Positions 44,387-54,908 of a DNA stretch of 64,000 bases are shown here, piece by piece. The notes under the pieces are model-generated. The model saw only the letters and a program-made list of their open reading frames with translations, did no database searches and was not told the origin of the DNA. Made by a program: the position numbers and the translations under genes. Position 1 is the first letter of the stretch; every line of letters begins with the position of its first letter. This DNA comes from Candidatus Eiseniibacteriota bacterium (GTDB lineage: Bacteria > Eisenbacteria > RBG-16-71-46 > JABDJR01): the NCBI GenBank assembly GCA_963783375.1, contig CAWANH010000028.1, positions 288,001-352,000 on the forward strand, read 5' to 3'.

Positions 44387-46153
44387 GTGGCCGACGAGGA
44401 CCGCAAATCGGGAGAGCAGCCGTCACTCCCCTGGCGCATCCGACGGTCGTTGCAGCTCAGCCCGGGCCGGCTCCGGCGGCTGGATCGTTGGGCGGAGATC
44501 TCGGCCCTGGCGCTCCTGATCGCGCTGATCCTTCGACAGGGATACCAGCTCCACGCGCTGGCCCACACGCCGGTGGCCCTGGGGATGGGAAGCCTCCTTC
44601 TCCTCCTGGTGGGCGCGCGGGTGATCCTCGACGCCGTCGCCTCGGTCCGGGCCTCCCACCTCCTGAAGATTCACGGGCCGGACCTCGCCATCTTCGCCCT
44701 GCTTCTCCTCCCCCGGGTCGGAATCCGGGCCGTCGCGTTCCTCCTGGCCCTCAGGGTGCTGTTCCGGGCGGGTTCGCGCATGCTCACCTCCCCCGCGGGC
44801 CGGAACCTGGTGGTGGGAGTCCAGCGGCACCCGGCGCGCATCATCGCCTACACCTTCCTGGCCCTCATCGCGGGGGGGACGCTGTTCCTGACCTTTCCCG
44901 GGGCCAGCGCGGGTCCGGGCAACGCGCCGGTCCTGACCGCGCTCTTCACCTCGACCTCGGCGGTGTGCGTGACCGGGCTCATCGTGGTGGACACCCCCTC
45001 CTATTGGTCCTCGTTCGGGCAGTGGGTGATCCTGGTCCTCATGCAGGTGGGGGGACTGGGGATCATGACCTTGAGCGCCTCCGCCGCCCTCGCCCTGGGA
45101 CGGGCCCTGGGCGCGGGCTCCCGGGGCTTCCTGGAGGAGGTCCTGGAGGAAACCGCCAAGCGGGACGTCACGCGCCTCCTCCAGTTCATCGTGGGCTTCA
45201 CCATCGCCACCGAGGCGGCGGGAACGGTGATTCTCGGGCTCTACTGGAGCCGCGTCATGCCCTCGTCCGAGGCCTGGTTCAACGCGGTCTTTCACGCGGT
45301 ATCGGCCTTCTGCAACGCCGGCTTCTCCACCTTCTCCACCAGCCTCGAGCGATGGGTCGGAGACCCGGTGGTGAACATCGTGATCGCGCTCCTCATCATC
45401 GTGGGGGGAATCGGGTTCACGGTGGCGGGAAGCCTCTGGGGACTCTTCCGGCGGCCGCTCCACCCGGTGCTCTGGTGGCGCCACGAGCAGACCCACACCC
45501 GTCTCGTTCTCACCACCACCGCGGTCCTGATCGCGGTCGGGACCATGGCCTTCTTCTACTTCGACTACGAGGCCTCCCTGGCCGGACTCCCGATCGGAAA
45601 GAAGCTCCTGGGCGCCTTCTTCCAATCGGTGACCGCGCGCACCGCCGGCTTCGACACCGTCCCCATGAGTGCGGTGGCCCCGGTCACCGCCTCGGTGCTG
45701 ATGGTGCTGATGTTCATCGGCGGGTCCCCGGGCGGAACCGCGGGAGGGATCAAGACCACCACCATCGCCATCCTGGCCCTCACCTTCCGGAGTCTGAGCC
45801 GGGGGCGCCGGGACGTGGAGGTGTTCTCGCGACGGGTGCCCGACGAGACCCTGCTGAAGGCCATCGCGGTCACCCTCCTCGGCGGGGCGCTCCTGGCGGT
45901 GTGCTTCATGCTGCTCCTGGTGGTCCAGCCGGGGCAGAACTACCTGGACGTGATGTTCGAGGCGGTCTCCGCCTTCGGCACCGTCGGGCTCTCCCGGGGG
46001 GTGACCTCGGCGTTGACACCCCCGGGGAGGCTCCTCATCATCCTCCTCATGTTCGTGGGGCGTACCGGCCCCCTGACCCTCGCCTTCGCGGTGGGGAAGA
46101 GCGCGACGCGCACCTATTACCGCTACCCCGAGTCCAGGATCCTGGTGGGGTAG
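44387..46153 (+). CDS. ktrB: Trk/Ktr potassium transporter membrane subunit (TrkH/KtrB) with N-terminal TM extension
   Basis: Four pore motifs: SAVCVTGL, SAFCNAGF, ARTAGF, SAFGTVGLS; MFVGRTG. Confidence 0.9.
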   Translation: MADEDRKSGEQPSLPWRIRRSLQLSPGRLRRLDRWAEISALALLIALILRQGYQLHALAHTPVALGMGSLLLLLVGARVILDAVASVRASHLLKIHGPDLAIFALLLLPRVGIRAVAFLLALRVLFRAGSRMLTSPAGRNLVVGVQRHPARIIAYTFLALIAGGTLFLTFPGASAGPGNAPVLTALFTSTSAVCVTGLIVVDTPSYWSSFGQWVILVLMQVGGLGIMTLSASAALALGRALGAGSRGFLEEVLEETAKRDVTRLLQFIVGFTIATEAAGTVILGLYWSRVMPSSEAWFNAVFHAVSAFCNAGFSTFSTSLERWVGDPVVNIVIALLIIVGGIGFTVAGSLWGLFRRPLHPVLWWRHEQTHTRLVLTTTAVLIAVGTMAFFYFDYEASLAGLPIGKKLLGAFFQSVTARTAGFDTVPMSAVAPVTASVLMVLMFIGGSPGGTAGGIKTTTIAILALTFRSLSRGRRDVEVFSRRVPDETLLKAIAVTLLGGALLAVCFMLLLVVQPGQNYLDVMFEAVSAFGTVGLSRGVTSALTPPGRLLIILLMFVGRTGPLTLAFAVGKSATRTYYRYPESRILVG

Positions 46154-46247
46154 GAGAAGGGCGGCTCGAGCCGGCGTTTCGGGCGCGATCGGACGACCCC
46201 GGTACAGGTCGGTCGCGGCGCCCCGGCCGGACGTTCGCCTCACCGTC

Positions 46248-46943
46248 ATGGAACGATACGTCGTCATCGGATTGGGAGCGTTCGGCGGGCCGGTGGCCCG
46301 GCGCCTGGCCGAACGGGGCCAGGACGTGCTGGCCATCGACCGCAACGGACGGTTCGTGGACGAGATCAAGGACGATGTGGCCCGCGCGGTGGTGGCCGAC
46401 GCCACCGACCGGGACACCCTGGAAGCCCTGGGAGTGACCGAGTTCACCACCGGGGTGGTGGCCATCGGCGAGCATCGCGAGGCCAACATCCTGGTTTCGG
46501 CCCTCCTCCGCGAGCTGGGGATCCCCCGCATCGTGGCCCGCGCCACGAGCCCGCTCCACGCGCGCATTCTCACCGCGGTGGGGGTGCACAAGGTGGTCTC
46601 CCCCGAAGAGGACTACGGGGTGCAGCTGGCCGACAACCTGGTCTCGACCTTCGCGCTCGAGCGGTTTCCCCTGGCCGAGGGGATCCTGGTGGCCGAGGTC
46701 GCCACCCATCCCAACATGCGGGGAAAGACCCTCCGGGAGCTGAATCTCCGGGAGCGGTTCGGGGTGAACGTGGTGGCCATCCAGCACAAGCGCAAGTCGG
46801 TGGACGACGAGGGGCACATCCACGAGGTGGTGGACGTGGCCAGCTTCCCCGAGCCCGACCAGGCGCTGGACGAAGGCGACGTGCTGGTGGTGATCGGTTC
46901 CGAAGAAGCTCTGGACGCCCTCGGGCGGGAGTTCACCCAGTAG
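46248..46943 (+). CDS. ktrA: Trk/Ktr potassium transporter regulatory RCK subunit (TrkA/KtrA)
   Basis: VIGLGAFG; C-terminal RCK_C GKTLRELNLRERFGVNVVAI. Confidence 0.9.
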   Translation: MERYVVIGLGAFGGPVARRLAERGQDVLAIDRNGRFVDEIKDDVARAVVADATDRDTLEALGVTEFTTGVVAIGEHREANILVSALLRELGIPRIVARATSPLHARILTAVGVHKVVSPEEDYGVQLADNLVSTFALERFPLAEGILVAEVATHPNMRGKTLRELNLRERFGVNVVAIQHKRKSVDDEGHIHEVVDVASFPEPDQALDEGDVLVVIGSEEALDALGREFTQ

Positions 46944-46946
46944 GCC

Positions 46947-48320
46947 ATGTCGCGACGCCCGGGAACGCTCTGGCAGGACCGCGTGCTCCAGCGGCGACGG
47001 ATGTTCACCATCCGGGCCAAGCTGATGTGGACGCTCACCATCCTGGTCGTCCTGTCCCTGGTGCCGGTGGCCGGGTCGCTGCTCGCGATCCACCGCGCCC
47101 GAACCGAGATCGCCGGGATCCTCCGCACCGCCATCGATCCCTCCCTGCTGGTGGATGACGTCCAGTTGGCGATGGCCCAGTCCCGCCTGGCCCGCTTCGA
47201 CTACCTCTTCACCGGCGAGTCCATCCGGGGTCAGGACGCGGTGGCGGCGGCTTCGTTCGTCCGTTTCCTGATCGAAGGCGGGAGGAACCTCTGGCCGTAT
47301 TCCCCACGGGAGATGGAGGATCTTCAGAAGCTGGCCGCCCGTTACGAGACGGCCACCCGGGACCTGGTGGCCGAGGTCCCCGGCCCTCCCCCACGCCTGA
47401 AGCTCACCACGCCCCGGGACGCCGAGGCCGCGCGCCAACGGTTCCTGGTCCTGCGCGACGAGGCGGCCAAGGCCCCCACCGTCGCCGAACGCGAGCGCGT
47501 CCTTCGCCGGGCCCGCCAGGCCCTGTTGGACCTGGACGACGCGGTGACTTTCGAGCTCACCGGAAACGCGCGGGCCGATTCCCTGCTCCAGTCGGTCACC
47601 GTGGCCGAGAACGACCTGGAGAATCTCTTCCACGGGGTCTACGCCGAGGCCACCCGGAACCTCACCGCCGAGCGGCTCCAGGTCACCAAGGACCTATCCC
47701 TGGCCGTGCGCGATCTCTTCGCCATCATCGTGATCGCGCTCATCCTGGCCTTCGTGGTGGCGCTCACCGCCCCGCGCTGGATTCTCCGCCCCATCCGGAG
47801 GCTGACCGGCCTCATCCACTACGCCCGAACCGGCGCGATCGCCCACGACACCGGGCTCCCGGTCAGCAACGACGAGGTCGGCCGTCTCACCGTGTTCCTG
47901 GAGGAGCACCTCCGGCAGGACAAGGACGTGGAGACCGTGCGCCGCCAGATGCACCGGTCGTCGGTGCTCCGGCTCGAGGCGCTGCTGGAGTCCCAGGGGC
48001 TCCTGGCCGCGGGGGTGGCTCCGGGGGGACAGGTGGCGTTCATGGGGCGGCGGCTCAGGGAGGCGCTGGGGATCGGCGCCGAGACCTCGATGGCCTTCCC
48101 CCTGGAGCAGGTCTGGCCCGACGAGGCCCTCCAGACCGCGGTGCGCGATCTGCGCCACCTGAAGGAGTCCGAAGCGGAAGTGACGCTGACCGCGGAGCCG
48201 TTCGCCGGACGGCGGGCCACGTTGCTCCGCGCCCGGAGCGGCGACCCCGCCAACGCCGAGGTCATCGTGCTGGTGCCGCGGGAAGCGGCGGCGGGCCGGG
48301 CCGAGGGCCGCGCCGGCTAG
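46947..48320 (+). CDS. Membrane sensor-like protein (TM, periplasmic domain, TM, HAMP, PAS-like) without an output domain
   Basis: TIRAKL plus TM; second TM; ILRPIRRLT...NDEVGRL (HAMP); RLEALLES..PAS-like; no H-box or ATPase motifs. Confidence 0.65.
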   Translation: MSRRPGTLWQDRVLQRRRMFTIRAKLMWTLTILVVLSLVPVAGSLLAIHRARTEIAGILRTAIDPSLLVDDVQLAMAQSRLARFDYLFTGESIRGQDAVAAASFVRFLIEGGRNLWPYSPREMEDLQKLAARYETATRDLVAEVPGPPPRLKLTTPRDAEAARQRFLVLRDEAAKAPTVAERERVLRRARQALLDLDDAVTFELTGNARADSLLQSVTVAENDLENLFHGVYAEATRNLTAERLQVTKDLSLAVRDLFAIIVIALILAFVVALTAPRWILRPIRRLTGLIHYARTGAIAHDTGLPVSNDEVGRLTVFLEEHLRQDKDVETVRRQMHRSSVLRLEALLESQGLLAAGVAPGGQVAFMGRRLREALGIGAETSMAFPLEQVWPDEALQTAVRDLRHLKESEAEVTLTAEPFAGRRATLLRARSGDPANAEVIVLVPREAAAGRAEGRAG

Positions 48321-48712
48321 TCCTTTACCCGCCGCCAGATCTCCCGGATGTGGAACTTCCGCCCGCCGGCCTCGAAATCGCCGCTGTGGTACCAGCGGTC
48401 CCCATCGAGCCGGTAGGAGAACACCAGGGATTGCCCGACCAGGGAGGCCATCGAGTGGTACTCGACGATCTCGATGTACTTCCCGTCCTCGACCCGGTAG
48501 GTCCCGCCGCCCGCCCAGACCGAGCCGCCGGGCGTGGGGCCGCCGAACGCGAAGTGATCCGCGTCCAGGATCTTGGTGGACGGGGACGCCGGCTTTTCGC
48601 CGCCGTTGTCAATGAGCACCCAGGTGCCCTGAAGCGCCTTCGAGGACCCACCGCACCCGGCTACCGGGAGCATCAGGACAAAGAGAAACAACAAAAGCGC
48701 GGAACGTCTCAT
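48317..48712 (-). CDS. Lipocalin-like lipoprotein
   Basis: Lipobox VAGC; LQGTWVL, AGGGTYRV and EIWRRVK. Confidence 0.75.
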   Translation of the reverse strand: MRRSALLLFLFVLMLPVAGCGGSSKALQGTWVLIDNGGEKPASPSTKILDADHFAFGGPTPGGSVWAGGGTYRVEDGKYIEIVEYHSMASLVGQSLVFSYRLDGDRWYHSGDFEAGGRKFHIREIWRRVKD

Positions 48713-48753
48713 CTGAATCCTCCGTCGATGGCGAGCACCCGTTCCGAACCGGC

Positions 48754-49212
48754 TCACGCGTAGGCCGAAGCGGTCCGCCGACGAGCGAACCGGGCTCCCA
48801 ACAGCGCTCCGAACGCGCCGATGAAGGGGTTCAAGAGGGTCAGCCATTGGGGGGTCTGGGCCTTCGTCATCGCCTGCATGTTCCCCACGTCGCCGGTGCG
48901 CGGCCCGACCGCCGGCGGCTCACCGAGCACGCCGGGAAGGGCCATGGCGATCCCCAGCACCAGGATCAGGACGGCCAGGACGAGGGGGGCGGCATCGCTT
49001 CGGGCCACGGCCGCGCATACCCACCCCCCCACGATCGCCGCGACCAGACTGACCAGGACCATGACCACCATCCAGAGCGGGCTAACGTCGTAGCTCCCGG
49101 GGAGAAACGAGCGCTCCGCCCCCATGGCCAGGTATGCCGCGGTGAATGCGACGAACACCCCCACGAACATGACCAAGTAGCCGAGTATCACCGCGCCGAT
49201 CGATCGCATCAT
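48754..49212 (-). CDS. Hypothetical membrane protein (4 TM)
   Basis: MMRSIGAVILGY...; hydrophobic helices; TPQWL. Confidence 0.75.
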   Translation of the reverse strand: MMRSIGAVILGYLVMFVGVFVAFTAAYLAMGAERSFLPGSYDVSPLWMVVMVLVSLVAAIVGGWVCAAVARSDAAPLVLAVLILVLGIAMALPGVLGEPPAVGPRTGDVGNMQAMTKAQTPQWLTLLNPFIGAFGALLGARFARRRTASAYA

Positions 49213-49427
49213 GCCGGACACCTCCCCTTTCGGAACCGGAGACAGCACTCTCTCACACCCCCCCCCACGGACGTCAACGAAATGGAATCATACACGATCC
49301 GGCGGGCGGCGGCAGGCGCGGGATTCACCCGGGCGGGACGAACGGCGTCGCGCGGTCACGCGTCCCGAGGGAGGAGCCGGGGAATTCACCGGGGCAGCCG
49401 GCCCGACCGCCGCGGCGCGTGGAGGAT

Positions 49428-50663
49428 CTACCGCCGCGTCTTCACCGACCGGGAGAGGATCTCCCGAAGCTCCGCCCCCACCCGGGCGGGGTCGGTGACC
49501 GGCGGAGAGCGGAAGGAGTCGAACCGGATGAAGAGCGCGGGGGACGGAGTCGCCGGAAGGGAAAGAGCGTGGATCCGGCTCGCGTCGGCGGAAGGGTCGA
49601 GGCCGAGCAGCACCTTTCGCGGTTCGAAGATGAAGAAGGCGGCCTGGCGGAGTGCGGTCGCGGCGGGATCGCGCGACGGACCCATCACCACCATCCGCAC
49701 CGGGGGCGTGTCCATGGCCAGAGCGGCCAGGGCCGCGGCCGGGGCGGCGACCGGGGACGCGAGGGCATCGTCCAGAACCGACTGGAGCGCCCGCCTCCCC
49801 CGTCCGGTGAGGAGCGGATCGCCGGTCAACTCCCCCATCCGCCATAGGGCCAGGGCCGCGCGCGCGTTCAGGAGCGGCTCCACCGAGGCGGGACGGTCCA
49901 CCCGGTCGGTGGCGGGAACCCGAAAGCGGGTGGTCTTTTCGTCCCAGAACCGGCGGATGAGTCCCCGGGCGAGTCCTGCCGCGTCCGCGCGCAACGACTC
50001 GGAGCCCGAGGCCTCGACGGCCGCCCCGCACAGCCGGACGGCCTCGGTGTAGTCCGAAAGCGAGGCCTCACTGGCCGCTCCCCCTCCGGGGAGCAGGGAC
50101 AGGCCGCCCGCCTCCCGCCGGGTGCGCGCCTCGAGGAAGCTCCCGGCGGCCCGGTACGCATTCGCCAGGGCCGCGGTGTCGCCGAGCGCCTGGGCTCGAA
50201 GGAAGAGGTCCTGAACGAACCCGGCATAGGTGTCGGTGGTGGCCCGCCCCGCCATCCGCATCAGCTCCTGCCGCGCCTCGAAGAGGTCCTCCCCTTCGGC
50301 CAGGGTCGGTCCTCCGGCCCGGGCAATGCGATAGAACTCCTGGGGTGAAGCCAGGCTCGGGTTCTCATCCCGCATCCGGCGGGCCAGGGCGAGCGCCCGA
50401 TCGAGGTCCGCCGGCTTCCGGCCCTCCGCGTAGACCCGGAGAAGGAGCTCCACCGCCTCGGGAGTCGGGGGGTACTCGGGCTGGGATCGCAGTGCGGCCA
50501 CCACCCCGGCGGCCGCCCTCTCGAGTCGATCGACCCGGGGAGGAACCAGGTCGGGATCGGGCCGGGGAGAGGCGCCGGCCGCCGTCCCCCCGATCAGCGC
50601 CAGAAAGACCAAGGCCGGAGCGAGGTATCTCGCTCCGGCCCCGGGCCCTCGACTCACTTCCAA
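49428..50663 (-). CDS. Secreted protein with YyaL/SPATA20-like six-hairpin (alpha/alpha) C-terminal region
   Basis: Signal-like N-terminus; ASLSDY..., RRFWDEKTTRF, PLLNARAALALWRMGELTGD; co-oriented with tlpA and dsbD. Confidence 0.55.
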   Translation of the reverse strand: MEVSRGPGAGARYLAPALVFLALIGGTAAGASPRPDPDLVPPRVDRLERAAAGVVAALRSQPEYPPTPEAVELLLRVYAEGRKPADLDRALALARRMRDENPSLASPQEFYRIARAGGPTLAEGEDLFEARQELMRMAGRATTDTYAGFVQDLFLRAQALGDTAALANAYRAAGSFLEARTRREAGGLSLLPGGGAASEASLSDYTEAVRLCGAAVEASGSESLRADAAGLARGLIRRFWDEKTTRFRVPATDRVDRPASVEPLLNARAALALWRMGELTGDPLLTGRGRRALQSVLDDALASPVAAPAAALAALAMDTPPVRMVVMGPSRDPAATALRQAAFFIFEPRKVLLGLDPSADASRIHALSLPATPSPALFIRFDSFRSPPVTDPARVGAELREILSRSVKTRR

Positions 50664-50672
50664 CCCGCTCCG

Positions 50673-51461
50673 CTAGCTGGTGAGGCCCAGCAGAGCGCGA
50701 ATGTCCTTCTCGTAGACCTGCTTCGGGACGAGCCCGACGTACTTCTTGTAGATCTTGCCGTCCTGGCTGATCACGAACGCGGTGGGAATGCCCCGGATAC
50801 CGCCGAAGTCCTGGGTGATCTGGAGGTTCCCCATCACGATCGGATAAGCGATCTGCTGCTGGCTGACGAAGGGACGAACCACCGCCGGTCCCTGCTGGTC
50901 CAGGGAGATCCCGACCACGGCCAGTCCCTGATCCTTGTATTCCGCATAGAGGTCCTTCAGGTGCGGAATGCTCATGCGGCAGGGGCCACACCAGGTGGCC
51001 CAGAAGTCGAGGAGCACCACCTGTCCCCTGAAGTCGGCCAGGGCGACCTGGTTCCCCTCCAGGTCGGGGAGCTGCCAGCCCGGCGCGTCCTGGAGCTGGC
51101 TCGTGTCCACGGCGGGCTTGGTGTGCTTGCCGGTCGCCCCCGCGCGCTGGCGGGCCTCCGCCTCGGCCATCTCCTGATCCGCCGATGCGGTCTTGATCGG
51201 GGGGGTTGCGGTTTCCGCCGCCGGCTTTGCGCTCGCCGGGCTTTCCTGGAGGGCGACTTCCTGGCCCTGTTCCTTGGGAGACTGGGCCCCGGCCGTGGCG
51301 GCCGGACCCGGTGCGGGAGAGGTCTGGATCTCGGTCTCGGCCACGGCGGCGCCGTCATCCGACCCGGCGGATTTCACCGCCCGCCCGTTGCCGCCCCCGT
51401 CGTTCGCGCACCCGGCGGCGCCGAGGACGAGGATCGCGGTCAGGAAAAGCTTTTGAAACAT
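50673..51461 (-). CDS. TlpA/ResA-family thiol-disulfide oxidoreductase, lipoprotein
   Basis: Lipobox AAGC; DFWATWCGPCR; IRGIPT. Confidence 0.92.
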   Translation of the reverse strand: MFQKLFLTAILVLGAAGCANDGGGNGRAVKSAGSDDGAAVAETEIQTSPAPGPAATAGAQSPKEQGQEVALQESPASAKPAAETATPPIKTASADQEMAEAEARQRAGATGKHTKPAVDTSQLQDAPGWQLPDLEGNQVALADFRGQVVLLDFWATWCGPCRMSIPHLKDLYAEYKDQGLAVVGISLDQQGPAVVRPFVSQQQIAYPIVMGNLQITQDFGGIRGIPTAFVISQDGKIYKKYVGLVPKQVYEKDIRALLGLTS

Positions 51462-51557
51462 CGTTCCTCCGTTGTCTTGGGACCCTGGCCTGGACCGGGG
51501 GCCCGATCCCAGATCATACCATTTGTGTCGACTTTTTCGGCCGCGGCGGGGGTCATC

Positions 51558-53480
51558 CTACCGGGGTGTCCCCCTGGCTTCGTTGACCGCCCGCAGAACC
51601 TCATCGGCGGTGTAGAAATCGCTCTTGAACACTTCCCGCCCGTCGGGGGCGTAGACCACGAGAAGCGGGATGGTGAGCCGCCCCACCTCCTTGAGCTTGG
51701 CTTTACCCGGTGGGTTGTTGCCGGTGATGTCCACCTTGATCGGGACCACGTCCCCGTCCGAGAACAGGGACGTCACCTTGGAGCCGTTCAACACCCCGTG
51801 CTCCAGGCTCTTGCAGTTCAGGCACCACTCGGCGGTGAAATCCATCACCACCACCTTGCCGTCCCGGATGGCCCGGTCGAACCGCTCGGGGGTGTAGTGG
51901 ACCCACGGAATCGGCCCCTCGTTGGTGAGACGGGCCGCTCCGAAGGCGGAGCCGGCCAGGAGCAGCACCCCCAGCCCCGCGAACCCGATGCGTTTCGCCG
52001 GCCCCGAAGCGATCCGGATCGTGCGAACCGCGAGCCACCCCCCCGCCGCGGCCACGAAGAGCATGACCGCCCACCAGTAGAGACGGCTGGGCGGATCGGG
52101 AGGCGTGTTGAGGATCGCGCTCAAACCCACCCCGACAAAGTAAGCCGCGGCCGCCAGCATGAGGAGCCCCATCACCTGCTTGATGAGCTCGCTGGCCGGC
52201 CCGCTCCGGGGCATCCGCTTCACCAGGGCGGGGGAGGCCGAGAGCGCGAGGTAGGGCAAGGCCATCCCGGCTCCGATGGCGGCGAAAGTGACGAGGGTGG
52301 TCCCGGCGCTCTGGGTCGCCGCCCACGCCGCCGCCGCCCCCATGAAGGGGGCGGTGCAGGGCGTGGAGAGAACCGCGGTCATGATCCCGAAGCCGAAGGA
52401 TCCGTGGAGGCTCTCCTGGCCGGGGTTCATGGCGTAGACGAAGTTCGGTAGCCGGATCACGAACACGCCGGTCATGGCCACGGCCATGAAGGCGATGACC
52501 AGCCCGACCCCGATGGTGAACGCCGGGTACTGGAAGAGCTGGTTGGTGGCGGTGAAGGAGCTCGCCGCGGCGATCAGTCCCCCCAGCCCCAGCCAGAATC
52601 CCACCACCCCCAGAGACATGGCGACGCCCAGGGTGAGCATGCGGCCACGGCTCCCGGCCACGTTGGACAGGCTGATGATCTTGATGGGGATGACCGGCAG
52701 GACGCAGGGGGTGAAGTTCAGGAGCATCCCCCCCACCAGGGCCACCACCAGGAGCAGCAGGAACCCCAGGCCCGAGCCCGCATTGACCGAGAAGCTCCAC
52801 CCGAACAGATCGAACTTCACCGGACCCCCGCCGCCGCCGGAAGGCGCGTCGGTGAACCCGGCGAAGAGCGCCTGGTTGGCCGGCTGCACGGGAACATCGT
52901 CCCCGGCCACGAAGAGGGTGTCGTCGAAGGTCTCGGTGCGGGGCGGGAGGCATACGGTGGCGTCGCAGGCCTGGTACTCGACTTCGAGGCTCACGTGGAG
53001 GGGTCCGGGGCGCGCGCTTTCCGCCACCTTCATCGGCAGGTAGAAGACCTGCCGCCCGCTGAAGGCGTGGAGATCCCCGTCGGCGTACTCCACGTGCACC
53101 GGCTCCGGCTCGGGGAATCGCACCGTCTCCAGGCCCAAGGCGTCGGAGGCGCCGGTGATCCGGACGCTGGTGGGCCACGGCGCAAAGTCTCCCACCGGCA
53201 CGACCTGGGCCGCGTCGGGATTGATGTGATAGCCGGGTTCCATGTCCACCACGATGGCCAGGACCGGGCGGTCTCCGGCCGCCGCGCCGTCGACCGACCA
53301 CGCGGTCCAGACGTGGACCGGCGGAGCCGAGGAGATCCCGCCCCCACCCAGGAGTGAATCGTCCTGGGGAAGAATCGCGAACGCGGCGGGGACCGCGCCG
53401 AGGAGAGCCAGAATCACCACCACAAGGGCCACGCGCCCCATGCCCGCGCGGGTCCGCTTTCTCTCTGCCCTGGATTCCAT
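51558..53480 (-). CDS. dsbD: Thiol:disulfide interchange protein DsbD
   Basis: N-domain YQACDATVCLPP; TM domain FTPCVLP and TPCTAP; Trx domain TAEWCLNC. Confidence 0.9.
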   Translation of the reverse strand: MESRAERKRTRAGMGRVALVVVILALLGAVPAAFAILPQDDSLLGGGGISSAPPVHVWTAWSVDGAAAGDRPVLAIVVDMEPGYHINPDAAQVVPVGDFAPWPTSVRITGASDALGLETVRFPEPEPVHVEYADGDLHAFSGRQVFYLPMKVAESARPGPLHVSLEVEYQACDATVCLPPRTETFDDTLFVAGDDVPVQPANQALFAGFTDAPSGGGGGPVKFDLFGWSFSVNAGSGLGFLLLLVVALVGGMLLNFTPCVLPVIPIKIISLSNVAGSRGRMLTLGVAMSLGVVGFWLGLGGLIAAASSFTATNQLFQYPAFTIGVGLVIAFMAVAMTGVFVIRLPNFVYAMNPGQESLHGSFGFGIMTAVLSTPCTAPFMGAAAAWAATQSAGTTLVTFAAIGAGMALPYLALSASPALVKRMPRSGPASELIKQVMGLLMLAAAAYFVGVGLSAILNTPPDPPSRLYWWAVMLFVAAAGGWLAVRTIRIASGPAKRIGFAGLGVLLLAGSAFGAARLTNEGPIPWVHYTPERFDRAIRDGKVVVMDFTAEWCLNCKSLEHGVLNGSKVTSLFSDGDVVPIKVDITGNNPPGKAKLKEVGRLTIPLLVVYAPDGREVFKSDFYTADEVLRAVNEARGTPR

Positions 53481-53805
53481 GGCTGCGGTGTTCGCCCTTC
53501 CTGGTGGAGTGTCCGGTGGATGACGCGACGGCCGGCCGCCTCGACTCCCGGCGCTCCCTGGGGAGACGCACGGCCCGGAAAAAGGTGACAGGCGGCCCGG
53601 TCGCGGCCGGAAATCGGGCGGCCATCCCGGGGGGGCCGCTCCGCGGCCCATCCCCGGCCGCCCTTCGCGTGAACCCGATCCGGAGGAGACCGGTTCCTGG
53701 ACGGGCTGATATCTTATACTCCGAACCGGGTCCCGGATTCCGGTAAGTTCGCTCAATCAGGCTGGAGTCAATACGTTAGCCGAGCGGAAAGGGCGGTTTG
53801 ACCCC

Positions 53806-54324
53806 ATGAAGAAGCTCTCGCACCTGGATCCCAAGGGCCGGGCCCGCATGGTGGACGTGGGCCCCAAGCCGGTCACCGCCCGCCGCGCGGTGGCCTCGGG
53901 CCTGGTGGCCATGAACGCGGAGACGATCGCCCTGATCACCGAGGGCCGGCTCCCCAAGGGAGACGCCCTCGCGGTGGCTCGGATCGCCGGGATCCAGGGC
54001 GCCAAGCAGACCGCCGCCCTCATCCCCCTCTGCCACCCCCTCCCCCTCGACCAGGTCCGGGTGGAGGCGCGCCCCGAGCCCCGGGGGCTCCGGCTCTTTG
54101 CCGAAGCCCGGACCCAGGCCCGGACCGGGGTCGAGATGGAGGCCTTGACCGCGGTGGCGGTGGCCGGGCTGGCGCTCATCGACATGGTGAAGGGGGTGGA
54201 CCGGGGGACGACCCTGAACGAGGTGCGGCTCGAGCTCAAGGAGGGGGGAAAGAGCGGCCGGTGGTCGCGCGAGGGGTACGAGGACGTGTTCGCCGAGGCC
54301 TCGAACGGGGAAGCCGGCCGATGA
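53806..54324 (+). CDS. moaC: Cyclic pyranopterin monophosphate synthase
   Basis: Motifs [27 protein letters not shown] and DMVKGVD. Confidence 0.96.
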   Translation: MKKLSHLDPKGRARMVDVGPKPVTARRAVASGLVAMNAETIALITEGRLPKGDALAVARIAGIQGAKQTAALIPLCHPLPLDQVRVEARPEPRGLRLFAEARTQARTGVEMEALTAVAVAGLALIDMVKGVDRGTTLNEVRLELKEGGKSGRWSREGYEDVFAEASNGEAGR

Positions 54325-54863
54325 GCGTGCCCGAGCCGCCCTCCCCCATCCGCGCCGTCGTGCTCACCGTCTCCGACCGCGTGGCCGCGGGAAGCCACCG
54401 GGACGAGAGCGGCCCCGAGGCCGAGCGGATCCTCCAATCCTGGGGCGCGGACGTCGTCGAGCGCGCGGCGCTCCCCGACGAAGCGGACCGGGTGGCCGAC
54501 GCCCTCCGCCGGCTCGCCGATCGGGACGGGGTGGAGCTGGTGATCACCACCGGAGGCACCGGCTTCGCCCCCCGGGACGTGACTCCGGAGGCCACCCGAT
54601 CGGTGATCGAGCGCGAGGCGCCCGGGCTGTCCGAGCTCCTCCGGCGGGAAACCGCGGCGAACACCCCCTTCGCCGCCCTGAGCCGCGGGGTGGCGGGGAT
54701 CCGCGGGGCGACCCTGATCGTGAACCTGCCCGGCAGCCCCAGGGCGGTGGCCGAGTGCCTGGAGGCGCTGAAGCCGGTGCTCCCCCACGCGCTCCGGCTC
54801 CTTCGGGGGGAGAAGGCCGGCCACCCGGGGTGGCCCGGCGCGGTCGGACCCGCCGATTCCTGA
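54321..54863 (+). CDS. mog: Molybdopterin adenylyltransferase (MogA/MoaB family)
   Basis: Motifs [28 protein letters not shown] and NLPGSP. Confidence 0.92.
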   Translation: MSVPEPPSPIRAVVLTVSDRVAAGSHRDESGPEAERILQSWGADVVERAALPDEADRVADALRRLADRDGVELVITTGGTGFAPRDVTPEATRSVIEREAPGLSELLRRETAANTPFAALSRGVAGIRGATLIVNLPGSPRAVAECLEALKPVLPHALRLLRGEKAGHPGWPGAVGPADS

Positions 54864-54908
54864 GCCCTTCCGGGCCCGGCAGCCGGTAGAGACACGGGGA
54901 GGAAGTTC

